Positions 17,359-24,901 of a DNA stretch of 46,194 nucleotides are shown here, piece after piece (position 1 is the stretch's first letter; each line of letters begins with the position of its first letter). The position numbers and the translations under genes are program-made. A model generated the notes under the pieces. It was not told where the DNA came from, ran no database searches, and was given only the letters and a program-made list of their open reading frames with translations. The stretch is from a virus. The stretch lies in the IMG/VR virus record IMGVR_UViG_3300006467_000162. One strand, given 5' to 3'.

Positions 17359-17625
17359 TTATCCTTCCGGGCTTTCCGCGACTCGATCGCTGCAGGCTGT
17401 TTCATCCCGATACATCCGGAAGAATCCATATTCCCGCGGATAGTCCTTCCATGATTCGTGAACCCCGCCGCCCATCACTTCCGCCCGGTGAAGCTCGGCA
17501 ACCACAGGGCCATGGCTACGCCTGCCGGCCAGCCAGAGAGCCAGGGCATCTTCTCGACTGAGGCGCCCCTGTAACTTCAGTTCGCGGAAATGCTTCTCAA
17601 AAAGTTCCTGCTCTGCTTTGTTCAA
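17359..17625 (-). CDS. Hypothetical protein between xis and int
   Basis: 88 aa. TTG start lies 5 nt after a perfect AGGAGG. Confidence 0.55.
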   Translation of the reverse strand: MNKAEQELFEKHFRELKLQGRLSREDALALWLAGRRSHGPVVAELHRAEVMGGGVHESWKDYPREYGFFRMYRDETACSDRVAESPEG

Positions 17626-17639
17626 CTCAACCTCCTAAT

Positions 17640-17837
17640 TTAAGCCGCCAGTATCCTTGCCACTCGGTTATTGCCATTGGCCTGCTTTTCGATTTCCAGA
17701 TCAACAAACCATAGCCCACCAATCTTGACCGCGCCCGGGATCAGGCCCTGCTTTGCCCAGCTCTGGCAGGTGCGTAGGGAAGGGCGCTCCCCTGGGTAGT
17801 TTTCATCTTTCCATTCACTAAGCGCTATTCTGCTCAT
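17640..17837 (-). CDS. xis: Excisionase (lambda Xis-like)
   Basis: 65 aa. LSEWKDENYPGERPSLRTCQSWAKQGLIPGAVKIGGLWFVD parallels lambda Xis (LQEWNARQRRPRSLETVRRWVRE..). Confidence 0.75.
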   Translation of the reverse strand: MSRIALSEWKDENYPGERPSLRTCQSWAKQGLIPGAVKIGGLWFVDLEIEKQANGNNRVARILAA

Positions 17838-18163
17838 GCGGCTTCCTCCTGTTCTTCGGCACAGCTCTCGCAGAACCCGGATTCTTCCAGCTCGTCATGC
17901 CAGAGTTCGCAGCCTTTGCAGGCTGGCGGATTGTCGATAACGTGCGGCTCACCGGCTGCCAGCTTCTTCTGATCAGCTGCGTGCTGTTTCAGCCAGGCAT
18001 CATTCCAGAGCCGGTGTCCTTGAACATCCAGGTATTCACAGCCAGTCCATCCGCGAACAACTGGATAGGCAATCTTTTTTGCATGCCGGAAGTTGGGAGC
18101 GAACACCAAAACCGCGCCGTCCACCGGCTCACCGTCATGAAAGCTGTATGCTTTAAGATTCAT
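17834..18163 (-). CDS. Hypothetical protein with a C-terminal Cys cluster
   Basis: Start chosen at MNLKAYSF (after AAGGGGG). The longer upstream extension in the track looks non-coding. Confidence 0.5.
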   Translation of the reverse strand: MNLKAYSFHDGEPVDGAVLVFAPNFRHAKKIAYPVVRGWTGCEYLDVQGHRLWNDAWLKQHAADQKKLAAGEPHVIDNPPACKGCELWHDELEESGFCESCAEEQEEAA

Positions 18164-18734
18164 CCCCGCCCCCTTTCTCCTGTTCCTCTGCTTTGGCTCT
18201 GAGGCGGTTGGCCTCTGAATGTAGTCGCTCCCTTTCTCGCAGCAAATTAAACTCACAACAATGGTCTTGTTCGTTAATTGGTCCGGGCCTGTATCTGTCC
18301 AGCAGTGGTGCCTGCTCCAAAAGAAACGCCTCCACCGCCTCTGCCCGTAATTGCAACAATTGTGCTCTTGCATTCGCTGGTATCAATTTACCAATTCGCT
18401 TTCCGCAAGCCTCTGCGTAATTTTTAAACGTATGAAGCCTATCGCTATCCCACTCATCCGCCTCCTGCCGGCAGATCTCAATAGCTACGGTTTGGAACCC
18501 AAGTATCTCGCTTTCAGCAATCGCCTCTGCCTGCTCTTTAGCAGCCTTCATATCCTCAAAGTGCATCATCACATCAAGGTTGGCCTGGCGGACTCGTTCG
18601 TTTTCCTGCTCTGCTTCTCGGCACCTATCACGAAGCCCGCGAACTGGCGACCAGAGGATGTATAGCGCCAGGGCAGTGACAACCAGGGCCCCAATAATCA
18701 GGCCAAGTATCAGCCCTCCGGAGAAGGTAATCAT
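18153..18734 (-). CDS. Membrane-anchored coiled-coil protein
   Basis: N-terminal TM segment GLILGLIIGALVVTALALYILW followed by a charged helical region. Confidence 0.55.
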   Translation of the reverse strand: MITFSGGLILGLIIGALVVTALALYILWSPVRGLRDRCREAEQENERVRQANLDVMMHFEDMKAAKEQAEAIAESEILGFQTVAIEICRQEADEWDSDRLHTFKNYAEACGKRIGKLIPANARAQLLQLRAEAVEAFLLEQAPLLDRYRPGPINEQDHCCEFNLLRERERLHSEANRLRAKAEEQEKGGGDES

Positions 18735-18928
18735 TCTGGCGTCCCTCCATTCCCCGCCAACCGCTCCGGCTTCGGCGCTTCAATACTCCGCTCATAGTTC
18801 AGCACCCTGACCCCTTTGGCCGGGATGAACAGATCACCGCAGATTGGGCCTTTGATCCGTGTCACCCCGCCGAAACGTGTGTGGCTGACGCAGCGATGAT
18901 TGAAACGAGTTCTGGTTACTGTGTTCAT
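18731..18928 (-). CDS. Hypothetical small protein
   Basis: 65 aa, with ATGA overlaps at both ends. Confidence 0.4.
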   Translation of the reverse strand: MNTVTRTRFNHRCVSHTRFGGVTRIKGPICGDLFIPAKGVRVLNYERSIEAPKPERLAGNGGTPE

Positions 18929-19713
18929 TTTGATTCTCCGGTTGGGGGCTGTGGGCGCTTGAGGCCGGTTGGCATCCAGTGTCGGACCCGCCCCAGATCA
19001 ATTGCCATCTGTAAAAAACCAACATCGAGCAGCGTGGGCTTGGGATAGCTGTTGTCGTCAACCCAGATAACTTCCTCTGTGTGAGGCCATTCATCCTCAC
19101 ACCTAACCCACCCATTGCCGGGGCTGGTGGATAGCCATTCGCGCAGGTTTTTCATTTCTTCGTTGCGGAATAGCGAGGTCACATAGATAAACGGTTGTCG
19201 AAGGTTGTGCCCGTTGCTTTTCAGATAGGCTTCTGCGCCGGCCTCGGTGAAACAAGCGGTAACGAACTCATCAATTTCTTTGAGTGCCGCCCGCTGCCAG
19301 GTCTCCGTGCCATCCTCGGAAGTGTGGGTGATTTGATCTTCTCGGAAAAAGTCGCTTTCTACATCGCCATAAAGCTCATTCAACTGCTCTTGAATTTCCT
19401 CTGGTGCCTCGCCATCTGAGCTTCCCCAAGAAATTCTGTCGTAGTCGAAATCCTCATGGGTGACAATTTCCCGTTTCTGGAAAACAACAAACAGAGGATC
19501 AGCGGTTATCCGGTTATCCTGAGTTTTCAGGTTCTGAGAAATTTCAGCCATCCACTCCGGCACCACCTGACTCCCTGAATCCGTGGCGCGGGCCGCTTGC
19601 CATGTAACCCACATCTTCTGAGTGACGACTGAACGGTATTCCTGCATGCCGTCATCCCAATCCAGCATGGCCTCGCCTGCCATCTTTGATTCAAAATCTT
19701 CCCGCATGCTCAT
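18925..19713 (-). CDS. Hypothetical protein with a DUF551-like C-terminus
   Basis: The C-terminal GWVRCEDEWP...VRHWMPTGLKRPQPP resembles the DUF551 pattern (GW..e..P......thWmplPepP). Confidence 0.55.
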   Translation of the reverse strand: MSMREDFESKMAGEAMLDWDDGMQEYRSVVTQKMWVTWQAARATDSGSQVVPEWMAEISQNLKTQDNRITADPLFVVFQKREIVTHEDFDYDRISWGSSDGEAPEEIQEQLNELYGDVESDFFREDQITHTSEDGTETWQRAALKEIDEFVTACFTEAGAEAYLKSNGHNLRQPFIYVTSLFRNEEMKNLREWLSTSPGNGWVRCEDEWPHTEEVIWVDDNSYPKPTLLDVGFLQMAIDLGRVRHWMPTGLKRPQPPTGESK

Positions 19714-20204
19714 GCCGCACCCCCAAGCTTTTTGAAGTTCTCCAGCGCCTCATCAAACGGATCCCGATCCTCCCAGGGGAATTCATCCCACATTGGCATC
19801 CGAATAACCTGAAACCACTCTTTCACTGTCATCTTCCGAGTGCCTTCGATAGAGGTGTGGCTGTTTCCATCAAAGGGCACTTCGTTCTCCGCGGCTTCCT
19901 GCATCAGATCGAACCCACCGTCTTTATCAAGGTCTACCCACGACTTGCCCTGCATCTTCGCAATCAGGCTGAACTGACTCATGGCCAGTAGGGCACTAGC
20001 GGATCGTTCGTAGGTGTTGCACATCCGAAGCCCTGTGTTTATGTGAGTCACCGTGAAAAGTCCGAAGGGATGCATGGTGACTGCTAGCCCAGGAGTGTTT
20101 TCATGGGTGATGCCTTGCGCCTGAAGTTTCTGACCATCGCAGTTGATCTCAACATCAACTTCGGAAAGTCCTTCTTTCCATTGAGGTTTGCTGGGAATGC
20201 TCAT
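19710..20204 (-). CDS. Hypothetical protein
   Basis: 164-aa ORF, coupled to both neighbours. Confidence 0.55.
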   Translation of the reverse strand: MSIPSKPQWKEGLSEVDVEINCDGQKLQAQGITHENTPGLAVTMHPFGLFTVTHINTGLRMCNTYERSASALLAMSQFSLIAKMQGKSWVDLDKDGGFDLMQEAAENEVPFDGNSHTSIEGTRKMTVKEWFQVIRMPMWDEFPWEDRDPFDEALENFKKLGGAA

Positions 20205-20497
20205 GCCATTGCCCCCTTTCTGGCCCGCATTCTTATTTCCGCCTCACTGTTACAGCAGGTGAAGCATCCCCGGCCTTTGCAGTCCGGACAGTCCGAATTG
20301 ATTTTCTGTGACGTGTCACGATCCTTGCGCACCAGATCCAGCAGATACTCTGTCTGGTCCTCATACCCGGCCGCCATCGCAGCCAGGCGGATCATTTGCC
20401 GCTCAACCGTTGTTGGGTAAAGCCGCATTTCACAAACGCCAAGCTCCCGCTCTCGAGCCCTTTGGCGCTGCTTGCGCTCTTTATCGCTCATAGCCAT
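20201..20497 (-). CDS. Small basic protein with C-terminal CxxCxGxGC cluster
   Basis: Start at MAMSDKERKQRQ, where TGATG overlaps the upstream stop. The rest of the 244-aa track ORF overlaps a better gene in another frame. Confidence 0.55.
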   Translation of the reverse strand: MAMSDKERKQRQRARERELGVCEMRLYPTTVERQMIRLAAMAAGYEDQTEYLLDLVRKDRDTSQKINSDCPDCKGRGCFTCCNSEAEIRMRARKGAMA

Positions 20498-20910
20498 CAC
20501 GCAGCCTCCGATTCGGCCAGGTGGTAGCGCTTCTGATATCCGCGATAGTTGCCCAGGCGAGGGGATGAGCTGCCGAAATAGACAGGCTCTGCGGAAATCA
20601 AACCGGCTGACTCCAGCAGAAGAAGATGCCGGGAGAGCGTGGAGGTGCTCACAGGCACACCGACCGCCATAGGCAGGTCGTACCAATGCATAGAATCCAG
20701 CTCCAGCGCGTCCAAAATCAGATCCAAAACCCAGAACAGGACTGGCTGACGGAAGGTTCTCATCCCGTATGTATCGATGTAGGTGGCTGGCACCTGGCAT
20801 CCGCGATACGAGCGGGTTTTGCCCTGCACAGGAGCAATCTGAACTGGAGCCTGTGCTGGCGGATTGGCCGGCATAACCTGTTCGGCTTGAATGAGGTCGA
20901 TCTGGTTCAT
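20497..20910 (-). CDS. Winged-helix (ArsR-like) DNA-binding protein (putative)
   Basis: STSTLSRHLLLLESAGLI is a typical ArsR/wHTH recognition-helix pattern. Confidence 0.55.
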   Translation of the reverse strand: MNQIDLIQAEQVMPANPPAQAPVQIAPVQGKTRSYRGCQVPATYIDTYGMRTFRQPVLFWVLDLILDALELDSMHWYDLPMAVGVPVSTSTLSRHLLLLESAGLISAEPVYFGSSSPRLGNYRGYQKRYHLAESEAA

Positions 20911-21290
20911 GCCACGTTCCTTCGCGCCAGCTCATGCATCATCTGGTCCTTCACAAGCCTGATCCGCTTCTCGATCGATGTGCTGCCAAGGTTGTATCGC
21001 TCACATAAAGCATCCACGGTGTAACCCTGCAGCGCTTCTTTTCCCAGGTTGTAAATCTGCCTGCGCCTGCGAACCTCATGCATTATTCGAGCGCTGACCT
21101 TTCTTGGTGAAAGGGCGTCATAATGGCCGTGCTCAATGGCGTAAATAGTCTTCAGGCTGATACCCAGCTCAAGCTCGAGCACCATCTGGGTGTTCTCTGC
21201 CATGCCTTTCTGAATCTCAATCCGCGTGCGGATATCTCGACACAAGGCATCCTCTATTTCCTGGGGCAACTTCCTGCCGTTCATATTCAT
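20907..21290 (-). CDS. HTH-containing hypothetical protein
   Basis: 127 aa. LGISLKTIYAIEHG is an HTH-like segment. Confidence 0.5.
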   Translation of the reverse strand: MNMNGRKLPQEIEDALCRDIRTRIEIQKGMAENTQMVLELELGISLKTIYAIEHGHYDALSPRKVSARIMHEVRRRRQIYNLGKEALQGYTVDALCERYNLGSTSIEKRIRLVKDQMMHELARRNVA

Positions 21291-21571
21291 CTGCGAAACC
21301 CCCTGCCAATCGGCAACTTCTCACACTCCAGAAACTCGGCTTTTGAGATCACTCGCCCGGTAGTGGTAAAGCACCCGCCATCCCCACACAGGCCGCCAAT
21401 CTCAAAGTGCTCACCGTCTGGGTGCACATACACCCGGGCAGGCTCCAGATCGAGTGCAGCGTCATCATCAGCCAGCTGATCGGCCTCAAACGCCTCATGT
21501 ATCTGCTGGGGATCATCAACCCTAAGGCTGGCGTATACCCGGCCAAACTCTGATAGATCGTTGAAGTTCAT
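21287..21571 (-). CDS. Acidic hypothetical protein
   Basis: 94 aa with an Asp/Glu-rich centre (EADQLADDDAALDLE). ATGA-coupled. Confidence 0.5.
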   Translation of the reverse strand: MNFNDLSEFGRVYASLRVDDPQQIHEAFEADQLADDDAALDLEPARVYVHPDGEHFEIGGLCGDGGCFTTTGRVISKAEFLECEKLPIGRGFRR

Positions 21572-21825
21572 GCTGCGTTCCTCGCTTCTCTGATGCCGTC
21601 CCGCAGCATCTGCTCAAGTTCCGCCCGGATTTGCTTCAGGTCATCCAGAATGGTTGGCACTGGGTAGGCGTTCCACTGGTGCAGTATTTGATCCCCAACC
21701 CACTGGTACACAGCCACCCGATCATTCTTGTGCGCGATATCCATAGAGAGCGCGGCCAGGTTGCGGTCTTTAATCTCCTCAACCAGATTCAGTATCCGGA
21801 GCTTTTCTTTTCTGATTGCGTTCAT
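21568..21825 (-). CDS. Hypothetical protein
   Basis: 85-aa coupled ORF. Confidence 0.5.
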   Translation of the reverse strand: MNAIRKEKLRILNLVEEIKDRNLAALSMDIAHKNDRVAVYQWVGDQILHQWNAYPVPTILDDLKQIRAELEQMLRDGIREARNAA

Positions 21826-22091
21826 GCCGCCACCTGCTGCTGTGCTTTCGCTTCCTCATTGGCCAGAAGGAACTCCAGCTGCTGGCGGATTAACCGTAGC
21901 TGTGGGTATGCCTCTGGCTTGTCTGTAAACGTGTGCAGGTAATCCACCGGGGCCTGTGAGCCGTGCGGGTAGATGAAAGCGCAGAAGTGCGCAGACTCTC
22001 CGCGCATATTCAGAACCACCTGATGGCCACCAAGCCGGTTGATCATCAGTGAGAGGTTCACGATCTGCAGGATTTCCGTATCTGTGTTCAT
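21822..22091 (-). CDS. Hypothetical protein
   Basis: Start at MNTDTEIL (ATGA overlap with the upstream stop at 22088). Confidence 0.5.
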   Translation of the reverse strand: MNTDTEILQIVNLSLMINRLGGHQVVLNMRGESAHFCAFIYPHGSQAPVDYLHTFTDKPEAYPQLRLIRQQLEFLLANEEAKAQQQVAA

Positions 22092-22417
22092 GCTGCTCTC
22101 CTTTTGCGTTGCTGGCTCCAGGCGCCGAAACCGATGACACAAGCCCAGGTTGCTGCGATCGCGGTAATGATCCAGCCGTGCCAAACGAGCATGGCAATTG
22201 CAGCGAGGTCAAATGCCACTGATCGACTGATGGCCCAGAGCGGGATATTCCCCGTTTCAGAGGCCACCTGTTTATCGAATAGTCCGAAGCTCACGACGAA
22301 CATGAACCAAGTCAGGAAGATGCCGACATTAAGCGCACCCTCTATGCCGTGGACCAGGCCAAAATACAGGCCAGCCAACCAAGCGGTGTCGATAAAAATT
22401 GCAACTAGTCGTTTCAT
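22088..22417 (-). CDS. Integral membrane protein (3-4 TM)
   Basis: Hydrophobic segments WLAGLYFGLV, VGIFLTWFMFVVSFGLF, VAFDLAAIAMLVW and ITAIAATWACVIGFGAW. Confidence 0.6.
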   Translation of the reverse strand: MKRLVAIFIDTAWLAGLYFGLVHGIEGALNVGIFLTWFMFVVSFGLFDKQVASETGNIPLWAISRSVAFDLAAIAMLVWHGWIITAIAATWACVIGFGAWSQQRKRRAA

Positions 22418-22674
22418 GCTGCTTTCCTCGCAATCAGTTTCCGCTGGTAGTCCAACCAGCGTTCGTCGTTGTCCTTGGCGTGCTCAGTGGCCAGCTCTGG
22501 GCAAAAAAGAGGGCGTACAGCATCACCGCCCTTAACATCGCCACCCGCTTTGCGGTTCTTGAGCCGGGATTGAGCCCGGTGAAATGTTGCGTCGAGAAAA
22601 GAGGGGCCGACAGCTGACTGGCCCAATGTGCTTCCCTGCTGCTCGACGGTCATGAAAGTGTTTGAAGTGCTCAT
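22414..22674 (-). CDS. Hypothetical protein
   Basis: 86-aa coupled ORF. Confidence 0.45.
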   Translation of the reverse strand: MSTSNTFMTVEQQGSTLGQSAVGPSFLDATFHRAQSRLKNRKAGGDVKGGDAVRPLFCPELATEHAKDNDERWLDYQRKLIARKAA

Positions 22675-23048
22675 CAGATAGCTCCCTGCTGGAAAGTCTC
22701 GAGTTCACGCTGGCGGATCCGGCTTTGTGGAAGGCGGTTCCCGCGCAAACCCACATCACCAATCACGGCAGGCATCATCAGGGCGGCCAGGAACACAGCG
22801 GCCACCTGAACAACGATCTTGTGGAGAATGGCTTCACGGACCAGGCCGGCCCGGGTATCAACGCCAAAGAGAGAGAACAGAATTTTGATATGGGTTTTAA
22901 CGGTTTCCGGGCTGCGATTGATCGCCTTGGCAATCATCTTGTCGGTCAGGCCCATGCACACCATCAGGAGAACAATCCGCTGCTGGCCGCTCAGAGATTC
23001 GGCATCTGCCCCAAGCTCGATTTTTGTGTTTGTGAATTTCTGGTTCAT
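22674..23048 (-). CDS. LuxR/GerE-type HTH protein with a C-terminal transmembrane helix
   Basis: LSGQQRIVLLMVCMGLTDKMIAKAINRSPETVKTHIKILFSLFGV is a GerE-type HTH. It is followed by VVQVAAVFLAALMMPAVIG. ATG 23048 lies 8 nt after a GGAGG. Confidence 0.7.
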   Translation of the reverse strand: MNQKFTNTKIELGADAESLSGQQRIVLLMVCMGLTDKMIAKAINRSPETVKTHIKILFSLFGVDTRAGLVREAILHKIVVQVAAVFLAALMMPAVIGDVGLRGNRLPQSRIRQRELETFQQGAI

Positions 23049-23074
23049 GACTTGTTCCTCCAACCTTTAACTCC

Positions 23075-23104
23075 GAGTTTAAACTCAGAGTAAAAGGTTC
23101 GCAA
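23075..23104 (-). promoter_or_regulatory. PL-like promoter (-35 TTGCGA, 17 nt, -10 TAAACT) overlapped by the palindromic operator GAGTTTAAACTC
   Basis: Hexamers read on the minus strand. The 12-bp perfect palindrome at 23075-23086 shares AGTTnnAACT with two sites in the cI-cro gap. Confidence 0.5.
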
Positions 23105-23171
23105 GTCAAAAACCCAAAAAAATGTAACTGGCGGTTAAAACTCTATGAAAGGAAGATAAAAAAGTTTCTCA

Positions 23172-23354
23172 TTATGCAGATTTAGTTGCAGTTATTACCA
23201 TCTTATGAGCAATCAGGCTTTGGTGTTCTAAAGGAAGTGCTTCCAGCGCCGGCTCATAGTTGAAAACCTGGGAAGGGGAGAGGGATACGGCCTGACCTTC
23301 GGCATTAAGGAAGGTGTAAGTGTCGGTGCGGAGGTCAAGGCTCAGGAAGGTCAC
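23172..23354 (-). CDS. Small LexA-controlled protein (candidate antirepressor)
   Basis: GTG at 23354 lies 6 nt after AAGGAG. The LexA box and -10 sit just upstream. 60 aa. Confidence 0.5.
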   Translation of the reverse strand: MTFLSLDLRTDTYTFLNAEGQAVSLSPSQVFNYEPALEALPLEHQSLIAHKMVITATKSA

Positions 23355-23372
23355 GCAAAACTCCTTTTTTTG

Positions 23373-23414
23373 ACTGTATATGGATACAGTAATCCATCCG
23401 TGGAAATCTGGCAA
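23373..23414 (-). promoter_or_regulatory. SOS box aCTGTatatggatACAGt overlapping a promoter (-35 TTGCCA, 17 nt, -10 TACTGT)
   Basis: CTGT-N8-ACAG at 23374-23389 matches the gamma/beta-proteobacterial LexA consensus. The hexamers were read on the minus strand. Confidence 0.7.
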
Positions 23415-23496
23415 TGCACCAGAATGTGTCGCTTAGGATGATAGTATGCTCAGTTACTGACTATAAGCGGAAGGGGGGATTGTAAACTTGTGTAAA

Positions 23497-24168
23497 TTAT
23501 GACGGTTGTTTCAAGTTTTGTTGAACTACCGAGATCATAACGCCAAGAATGTCGGGCTCATGGCCCAGATCAACGGGCCGGAAATCGGTGTTTGGTGGAA
23601 TAATCTGATAGGTGTCCCGCTTTGCCAGCGCCCCGCTGACGAACGATTCATTGATATAAGCCACCACCAGATCGTTGGGCCCCGGGCGTTCAAAGGGATT
23701 CACCACTACATACATACCTCTAAGTACGCGATCCGATAGCGAGTTATCTTCAACCTGTATTGCGAAACACCCTGGATTCATTTTCCCGGTAGCCAAGACG
23801 GTGGGGAGGTCTGAAGTTTGGAGCTGGCCGTTGGCGTAATCCTTCCATTGCTCGGCATTCACCAGGGGGATGTTGTGCAATTCGACCTGCTGCAGCCTGC
23901 CGTCCTGATCGATGCCCTGGACTTCCCGCATTGGCCCTGTGCCATTCCGAAGCCATTCCGGCCTGACACGATAATACAGTGCCAGCTGCTCGATTTTTTG
24001 TAATGGAATCACATCACCAGTGAACCACTTCCGAACCCCGGCCACGGACATATCAAAGTGTCTGGCCAGATCCGAATACATTCCATAGTGGTGCAGGCCA
24101 GCCGCTTTAGCGGCTTCATTAAGGCGCGATGAGAACGCTTTCTTCTGTAAATCTGTATCAAGTTTCAT
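23497..24168 (-). CDS. cI: CI-like repressor (N-terminal HTH plus S24 LexA-like C-terminal domain)
   Basis: HTH: YSDLARHFDMSVAGVRKWF. C-domain: FAIQVEDNSLSDRVLRGMYVVV...VSGALAKR parallels the S24 GDSM...K motifs. Divergent from the cro-like gene. Confidence 0.8.
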   Translation of the reverse strand: MKLDTDLQKKAFSSRLNEAAKAAGLHHYGMYSDLARHFDMSVAGVRKWFTGDVIPLQKIEQLALYYRVRPEWLRNGTGPMREVQGIDQDGRLQQVELHNIPLVNAEQWKDYANGQLQTSDLPTVLATGKMNPGCFAIQVEDNSLSDRVLRGMYVVVNPFERPGPNDLVVAYINESFVSGALAKRDTYQIIPPNTDFRPVDLGHEPDILGVMISVVQQNLKQPS

Positions 24169-24212
24169 GCCGGGAACTTTATCTCACCCCGATAATTAAA
24201 TCAGGCCAATGG

Positions 24213-24256
24213 TAGTTTCAACTCCGCTTGCAAAGTTTTAACTGCTAGATTAATCT
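24213..24256. promoter_or_regulatory. OR-like region: operators TAGTTTCAACTC and AAGTTTTAACTG plus PR-like promoter (-35 TTGCAA 24228, -10 TAATCT 24251)
   Basis: Two AGTTnnAACT sites 20 bp apart lie between the divergent cI and cro genes. The second fills the PR spacer. Confidence 0.55.
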
Positions 24257-24262
24257 TGCCTT

Positions 24263-24526
24263 ATGACCAGTTTAAAGAAAGCCCACAAGATTCTCGGTTA
24301 CGGCGCGTTCAGCGAGATCGGACGCGCCTGCAATCGCAGCCCTCAAGCCGTGAAGAAATGGTTTGAGATTGGCGTTCTGCCTGAAACCGAGATCATCGAG
24401 GTTTTCGGCCAGCGGAAAACTTCTTATGGCCAGGTAATCGAAGCGCTGACCGGCGGGCAGGTAACGGATGCCCAGCTGCGCCAGGAAAACTTCGAATATC
24501 GCCAATCAAGAAAGTCTGCGGCATGA
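24263..24526 (+). CDS. cro: Cro-like HTH regulator
   Basis: 87 aa. IGRACNRSPQAVKKWFEIGVLPE is a Cro/YdaS-type HTH. It is the first gene of the rightward operon and has no SD, so it is possibly leaderless. Confidence 0.7.
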   Translation: MTSLKKAHKILGYGAFSEIGRACNRSPQAVKKWFEIGVLPETEIIEVFGQRKTSYGQVIEALTGGQVTDAQLRQENFEYRQSRKSAA

Positions 24527-24539
24527 CTCTTTCCTCCAC

Positions 24540-24862
24540 CTGTTTCATTCAGGTTAACGGAAAGATGAGGATTGCAACTTCCCGCTGATGGGGGAAAGGA
24601 ACTGCTCTCGAAAGAGAGCGCATCTGGAAAGGCTCTGAAAGCATCTGCGAGATCGATGCTAGCAAGTAGAGGCGGCGAGGAAGGTGCACATGAATCGTTG
24701 TCGGACCTTGCGACTGCTGTAAGTAGTGAGAGCCGGTGCAACTCCGGACAGAGCCTTTCACAGATGCGGAAAGGGTTGGGAGATCCCGGCCGGCGCATCA
24801 AAGCAGTGAACTTGTAGCAGTACGACCTGGGCCGTGTCGGAAATCTGGCCTGACAAACAGAC
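24540..24862 (+). ncRNA. Candidate structured RNA / leader element downstream of cro (unclassified)
   Basis: No credible ORF. Contains GCTCTC-GAAA-GAGAGC (24604-24619), a 19-bp long-range helix 24619-24637/24749-24768, AGCATC-N9-GATGCT (24640-24660), and the competing helix GATGCG/CGCATC (24763-68/24793-98). Confidence 0.35.
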
Positions 24863-24901
24863 ACAAAAAAGCCCGGCAGGCTACCAACCAAATACCGGGC
24901 T
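24863..24901 (-). terminator. Hairpin aagcccgg-N17-ccgggctt with a T6 run on the minus strand
   Basis: The minus strand reads agcccgg...ccgggcttttttgtg. The plus-strand tail is only tttcg. Confidence 0.4.

Noticed and set aside
20498-20935. N-terminal 146 residues of the 244-aa ORF 20201..20935.
   Set aside because: This part overlaps, in another frame, the better ArsR-like ORF (20497..20910), and its translation is low-complexity (SSRTGYAGQSASTGSSS). The real gene most likely starts at MAMSDKERK (20497), where TGATG couples it to the upstream stop.
24604-24619. GCTCTC-GAAA-GAGAGC as a nutR boxB for an N-type antiterminator.
   Set aside because: No N-like Arg-rich protein and no matching nutL hairpin were found downstream of the PL-like promoter (the 5'-UTR there is only about 20 nt). 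It is kept only as an alternative reading within the structured-RNA finding.
24585-24800. Hammerhead ribozyme core (CTGATGg...GAAA) or cobalamin riboswitch (GGGAA..ACTGctGTAAG..GGAGATCCCGGCC).
   Set aside because: The CUGAUGA box has G instead of the invariant A9 and no matching stem II/III arrangement. The B12-box-like strings have insertions and mismatches, and a cobalamin riboswitch makes no sense in this context.
24572-24817. 81-aa plus-strand ORF (TTG start) and minus-strand ORFs 24424..24891 and 24549..24761 in the post-cro gap.
   Set aside because: There is no SD, the TTG start lies inside a helix-rich segment, and the translations are low-complexity Ser/Gly/Ala-rich. The minus-strand ORF also runs antisense through cro. 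The region is better explained as non-coding.
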